Shown: piece by piece, positions 59,098 through 64,000 of the stretch
Numbering within the stretch: position 1 is the first letter of the stretch
Layout: each line of letters opens with the position of its first letter
Assembly (NCBI RefSeq): GCF_009914755.1
Contig: NC_060937.1
From: the human T2T-CHM13v2.0 reference genome, Homo sapiens
DNA: 64,000 nucleotides
Reading direction: 5' to 3' (one strand)
The notes under the pieces: generated by a model
Seen by the model: the letters and a program-made list of their open reading frames with translations, nothing else
What the model was told of the DNA's origin: nothing
The model's database searches: none
Made by a program: the position numbers and the translations under genes

Positions 59098-59719
59098 TCT
59101 GTTTTAACTATTGAAGATATTTGCTTCAATATTTGCTTCCTCTATTCCCTAAAATCAAGTGTGTTTTCAGATGGTTATATTTTTCAGTCTACATAATATT
59201 CTGTATTATATAAAAATTTCCCCATGTTAATCATGGGCATTATTAATTAAAAACCACATGCTTAGTAATTAGCCTGTAGGGTTTGTCCTCCTGCCAGGAC
59301 AGGGAAGAATCCCTGGATGGAAGACTTCACACTGACTAAGCTGATGCTGTGCTTGCTGTTAGCCAAAAGGCCAAGCAGTAAGGCAGCCAGTTGGCTGGAA
59401 TTTAGCAGTCCGTCAAATGGTTTAGTCCCTGCTGGATGTAAAGTCATGGAGTAGATGCCATGGGGGCTCTGTGATGAAGCAGAAGACATAAAAAGAGGTT
59501 CAAAATCTAATGAAGCGAAAGGACTATTGAAAATGGAAATAAACAATTATACAACTAACAGAAATGATGAATAAATGATTGGTTTTAGCGATTAAATATT
59601 CCATACTATGTAATTGTTGAGTATTATAGACACAGTCAAATTTGCGTTTTTAAAAATTCTTCTTTGGGCAGTTTTTTGCTTCAGGACTTAGAGCTAGACT
59701 ACCTTTAGCCATCTTCAAC

Positions 59720-60228
59720 TAATACTGCTGATTGCCTGCCTAGTGGCTGCTCCTCTCTTCCTCCCTCCAACCAGAATTCCAGGGCTGTTCAGGCATCTAT
59801 TTCTCCCCTGACAGCCCGTGGAACTCAGGGGAAGCTGAATCCATCTTTAGCTTGAAGGGACTCCAACTGCCATTGGTCCAGCTGTGGTGGGCATGTGACC
59901 AAGTTGGACCAATCAAATGAAAAGAAAGGCTTTCATTCCACGCTGGGGAAAGAGTCTTTCTCTTTCAGCCGAACATGAATAAGGAAGGTTGGGTCCCAGC
60001 TGCTGCTGGCAGCCCTCCTGCAACCAAGAAGAAAACCAGCTTGAAAACAAAGCTGACATATACTGAAGGCATAAGACAAAGAGAAATGCCAAAAGTTGGA
60101 GCTGCAGCCCTGCCTGTGGAAGGTCTTAGGTATGAGGTTATCATACCTAAGGCTCTGTTATGTGAGATAATATATTTATAGCTTTTAAAAGTCAGTTGTA
60201 GTTGGAATTTCTGAAAGGATCCTAACTT
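59720..60228 (+). mobile_element. ERVL LTR (LTR33/LTR16-like)
   Basis: 'gggcatgtgaccaagttggaccaatca', 'gctgctggcagccc..gcaacca', 'tgtgagataata..agttgtagttgg..atcctaact'. Confidence 0.65.
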
Positions 60229-60323
60229 CTGTATCACCTTATAAGGAGGCATTTATCATTGAAGGCAATTATGTACTGCATTTTACATAGCATTTTAATT
60301 CATTGTATGATTCTTGGTATGTC

Positions 60324-60485
60324 TTTTTTAAGTACACATTTATGGGGTACATGTGCAATTTTGTTACATGCATAAATTGTGTAGTGGTCAAGTCAGGGCT
60401 TTTAGGGAATTCGTCACCCAAATAATGTACATTGTACCCATTAATTACTTATTATCCACCCCTCTTCCAAGTCTCCATGTCTTTG
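60324..60485 (-). mobile_element. L1PB/L1MA 3' terminal fragment
   Basis: 'tttatggggtacatgtgcaattttgttacatgcata..gtggtcaagtcagggcttttagg..cacccaaataatgtacattgtaccc'. Confidence 0.85.
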
Positions 60486-61459
60486 AAAGCTGCCTGACTT
60501 GGCAAGCCTGCTGTCTACTAAAGAATGCTAAAACATCTGGACAGGTAATAATAGATGTGTAGGTAAATAACAGGCAATCTCTATAAAGTATTTAGGTTTT
60601 TTAAAAAGCAAAGATAAATGCGACATAATGTCATGTAATTATGCATTATTTTTACTTGTTGGGTCTCCAAACTCAACACATAATAAGAATATGTCCTTCA
60701 TACCATGCACTTGACTTAATAGAGAGCATCGGGATTTCAGTTTATGTTAAATATAATCCTCAAAATCTAAAAGGAAAAGTCTTCAACCACTCTAATTCTT
60801 TCTTTTCAATCAAAGTTTTACATAGATCATGTTGATGCAGGTAAAAGGTGAGACTCATAGTTATGCACCAGGCTAGAAAAATTGCTCTAGCCCAAAAGAT
60901 TGAAAAGGCTTCACATGGCTGATACACACACCAGAACAGAAGCATGCCTGGTTGAGAGCTCATTTGCATGAACTCTTGCTCCCCAGGTAGCGATCCTAGC
61001 TACTAGAAGAGTAGGCTGTCTTTCTCCATGGGTTCTGGGGCTCCTCTGAAGACTGACCTTTTCCAATTGCAAATCCAGTATCATATTCTGTAATTTGTGC
61101 AGAATGGTAAACTGGAGGTCATTCACTTGAGTGAGATCTTGGGGTAGACTGGGCTTTCTGGGCACTTTCTAGTACTCTTTGACCTTGAGTTAAGACTCAT
61201 CAGATACACACTATTCATGTTGGAAGATGTGGTTCAGTGACTTGCTTATATAAAGGATATATCTCTGAAATTAGGCAAAATATAAGAGAAACTAAATTTA
61301 GAACATCTCATTCAGAAGGGAAGTGGACTATTGTTTTCTATATCAATTGTGAGGGTACTTCTGGCGATATGTGTATATTTCATTGGGTAACTCGGGAAAG
61401 TGAATATGTTATTGGAAATAAACCTTCAGACTATTTTCATTCGTTAACTCTACCGTTAC

Positions 61460-61790
61460 AGATTTATTGAGCATTAACTTCACATCCTGTATTGAGCCAG
61501 AAGCTGAAGATTTGTAAAATAATCGTCATGGTCCCCACACTCATGGTGATTATGGTCTGGTGAGGAAAGCAGACAGAAATCAGATGATCATACAGGCAAA
61601 GATAATATTAGCTCTGTTTAAGTTCTGTAATAGAAAGTTATATGGTGCTAAAGAGCAGAGAGAGAGTGTGCTAGAGAAAATTATTAACAGACTGATCACA
61701 GAAGTCTTCTGGGGAAGTTCACAAGGAAAAGGAAGGAAAAAAATATACAGCGAAATGAAACATCCTGTGCAAAGGCCTGGTGGTTTGTGG
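61460..61790 (-). mobile_element. L2 3' portion
   Basis: 'atttattgagcatt..catggtcccc..ctcatgg..gtctggtgagg..tgtgcaaaggcctgtgg'. Confidence 0.75.
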
Positions 61791-62090
61791 TTGAGGGAAT
61801 TCATCTTTACATTGTTACCATTTAGTTGATTATTTGGCATGTAGTAAACACTCAGTAAATGTTTCATAAGTGAATGAGTAGAATGGCTTAGCATATATTT
61901 TATCTTTTAACCATTGCCTTCTGAAATGAAGTATCCAACAGCAATTTTTCATTAATTTATTCACATGGTGGGTGTTCAATACATATTTATGGAATGACTA
62001 AACAATTTTTAAAAGCTTTTTTATACCGTCCAGCCCACAATGATTTATAACTCATTTGAATTCCTGTATAGAAATATTTAGAAATATAGT

Positions 62091-62279
62091 TAAAACAAAT
62101 TTATTTACATTAAATATAATTTATTCACATTAAATATAATTTATTCCTAAGTGTAATTTAAATATAATGTTTTATAAATTATTAAATTATATTTAATATT
62201 ATTTACTATAAATTATTACATTATATTTAATATAACTTATAAATTTTATTCATTTAGGAATAAACATTTATTTGTTTTA
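62091..62279. repeat. AT-rich imperfect palindrome with an internal 20-bp tandem duplication
   Basis: Three nested perfect inverted pairs of 10, 11 and 13 bp. Confidence 0.75.
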
Positions 62280-62647
62280 CCCATTTATTATCAACAGCTG
62301 TTACACAGGATGAGTCAGAACTCTTCTCCACCCTGAGGCTCTGAGACTCTGAAACCCAAAAAACTGTTGGTTGAATCTGAATATAAGAGTGAAGGAATGA
62401 GTGAATGAACAAATAAATGGAAATAAAGTGAAAAGGCTGTGCTGAGAAGGTTTCAGCAAGCTTTTCTCTTCCCCCAGTTTATCCATGGAGCGTTTCTTCT
62501 CTGTACGCTCTGAATTCAGGTCAAATCTTGCTTCTGGTCAGTTCAATATGAATTCATAACTTTCCTCCCCCCAAAAGAAATTGAAAATAAAAGGACAAAG
62601 GCAGATAGAGGAAACACTCTTTCAAATGTAATTCACAGAGAATATGC

Positions 62648-62837
62648 CTCAGAATCACTGTGGAACTGTGGATAGAGTAGGTCGTGCTGTGAAGAGGCTT
62701 TTTAAAAATTCAGATTCTGGGTTCTGGCTCAGATATTCCATGTCAGAATGTCGGGGTTGGGGGGAATATCACAACAAAGTGAATCTGCAGTCTTAACAAG
62801 CTTTCTTAGAAATTCTCACACTAAAATCTGAAACTGG
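62648..62837. mobile_element. MER5-like hAT-Charlie element
   Basis: 'tcagaatcac..tttaaaaattcagattctggg..tcagaat..gaatctgca..ttaacaagc'. Confidence 0.7.
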
Positions 62838-63407
62838 TACATTCTCTGACTAAAAGGTGAGAATTGACCTTCCCTTTAATGAGGATACTTAGTCTAGGGC
62901 ACTGTCCATGGTTCCAGAGATGGTTCTGTGGCTCCAGTGCAGAAAAATCCAGAAATTGACCACAGGGAATCCATTTCCACTGGGAGGTTTCTGCTTCTGA
63001 ACTAAATTGCACACACAGTCTATTATTAATATGTAGGGAGTTAGAGGTAGGAATTCTGGATTTCTAGATGAAGCAAGCTTTAAGGAATAAAAATATGACT
63101 GCTCTGAATTTAGAGTGGTTTATAGCATACAAGGATTTTAGGACTAGAAAATAGAGCTAAAACATTTGCACTAGCAATGAAGCGAGGGTCCTGGCTGTGG
63201 TCTGATAGGATTTACATGGGAGATGATAAACCTGCAACTATAGCCACCATTCTCTATCCATGGGAAGAACAGACAGAGGAAACAGAACTACGGCAGCATG
63301 AATTTGAGTTCAGTATAATGTGTACTTTCCAGATCCTGACACTTAAAAATGCTGAATTGAGTTTTCCAGAGAGGGAAGTTTTAGAGTCTCTATCATTCAA
63401 TGTCTTT

Positions 63408-63692
63408 TTCTTTGTTTGTTTTTGAGACAGGGTCTCCCTCTGTCACCCAAGCTTGAGTTCAGTGGTGCAATCATGACTCATTGCAGCCTCAACCTCCCAG
63501 GCTCAAGTAATCCTCCAGCATACCTGGGACTACAGGCGCATGCCACCACACTTGCGTAATTTTTAAATATTTCTGTAGAGATGAGGTCTTACTATTTTGC
63601 CAGGCTGGTCTTGAACACCTGGACTGAGGTGATCCTCCTGCCTTGGCCTCTCAAAGGGCTGGGATTACAGGTATGAACAACTGCGCCCAGCC
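63408..63692 (-). mobile_element. AluJ
   Basis: 'gagacagggtctc..ccaggctcaagtaatcctcc'; TSD CA(T/G)TCAATGTCTTT at 63394-63407 and 63693-63706. Confidence 0.95.
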
Positions 63693-64000
63693 CAGTCAAT
63701 GTCTTTAAAATGGGACAGATATAAACATGTCTGGGGTGTTTGAGGCGAGGCATTGTTGTAAGGTAGAGGCATGGGCTCGATTACATTTCAGATCCTCTAT
63801 GGTCTCTAACTTTATAATTTGAAGTATTTTCATAGTAATATTTTACAGATAATATGATGACAAACAAGGTCTATACAGACAAATGGGTAGAAATTCAATG
63901 AATACAGAAACTTTCCAGTAGGATCCATTTGGGAATTTGCATTCTGTAAGTTGCAGGGACAAAAATTAATTTTAGCTTCCATGTCTCTGCTTCATTAACT

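Overview
AT-rich primate genomic DNA, probably human or another catarrhine because an AluY is present. I find no credible protein-coding gene, RNA gene or CRISPR array; the listed ORFs are repeat-derived or background-length. The window has three parts. (1) About 4.7-20 kb is unusually poor in transposons and has motif-dense, enhancer-like unique sequence plus one well-formed candidate + strand exon (6650-6806). (2) About 29.6-42.8 kb is a deeply nested transposon stack: an L1MC host carrying a full-length Tigger1, THE1 LTRs, Alus and two L1MA copies, most with readable target-site duplications (TSDs). (3) The rest is ordinary Alu/MIR/L2/LTR mosaic. The most unusual features are a series of fold-back inverted duplications, including an inverted MER20 pair sharing private variants; an 84-bp poly(A)-tailed orphan retro-insertion with a perfect 16-bp TSD; and an unexplained hairpin-bearing insert inside an L1PA 3' end. 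Repeat subfamily names are recognised from memory of consensus sequences and need RepeatMasker/Dfam confirmation. Boundaries of old elements are approximate. I cannot name the locus, and I do not see evidence for a new multi-gene system.
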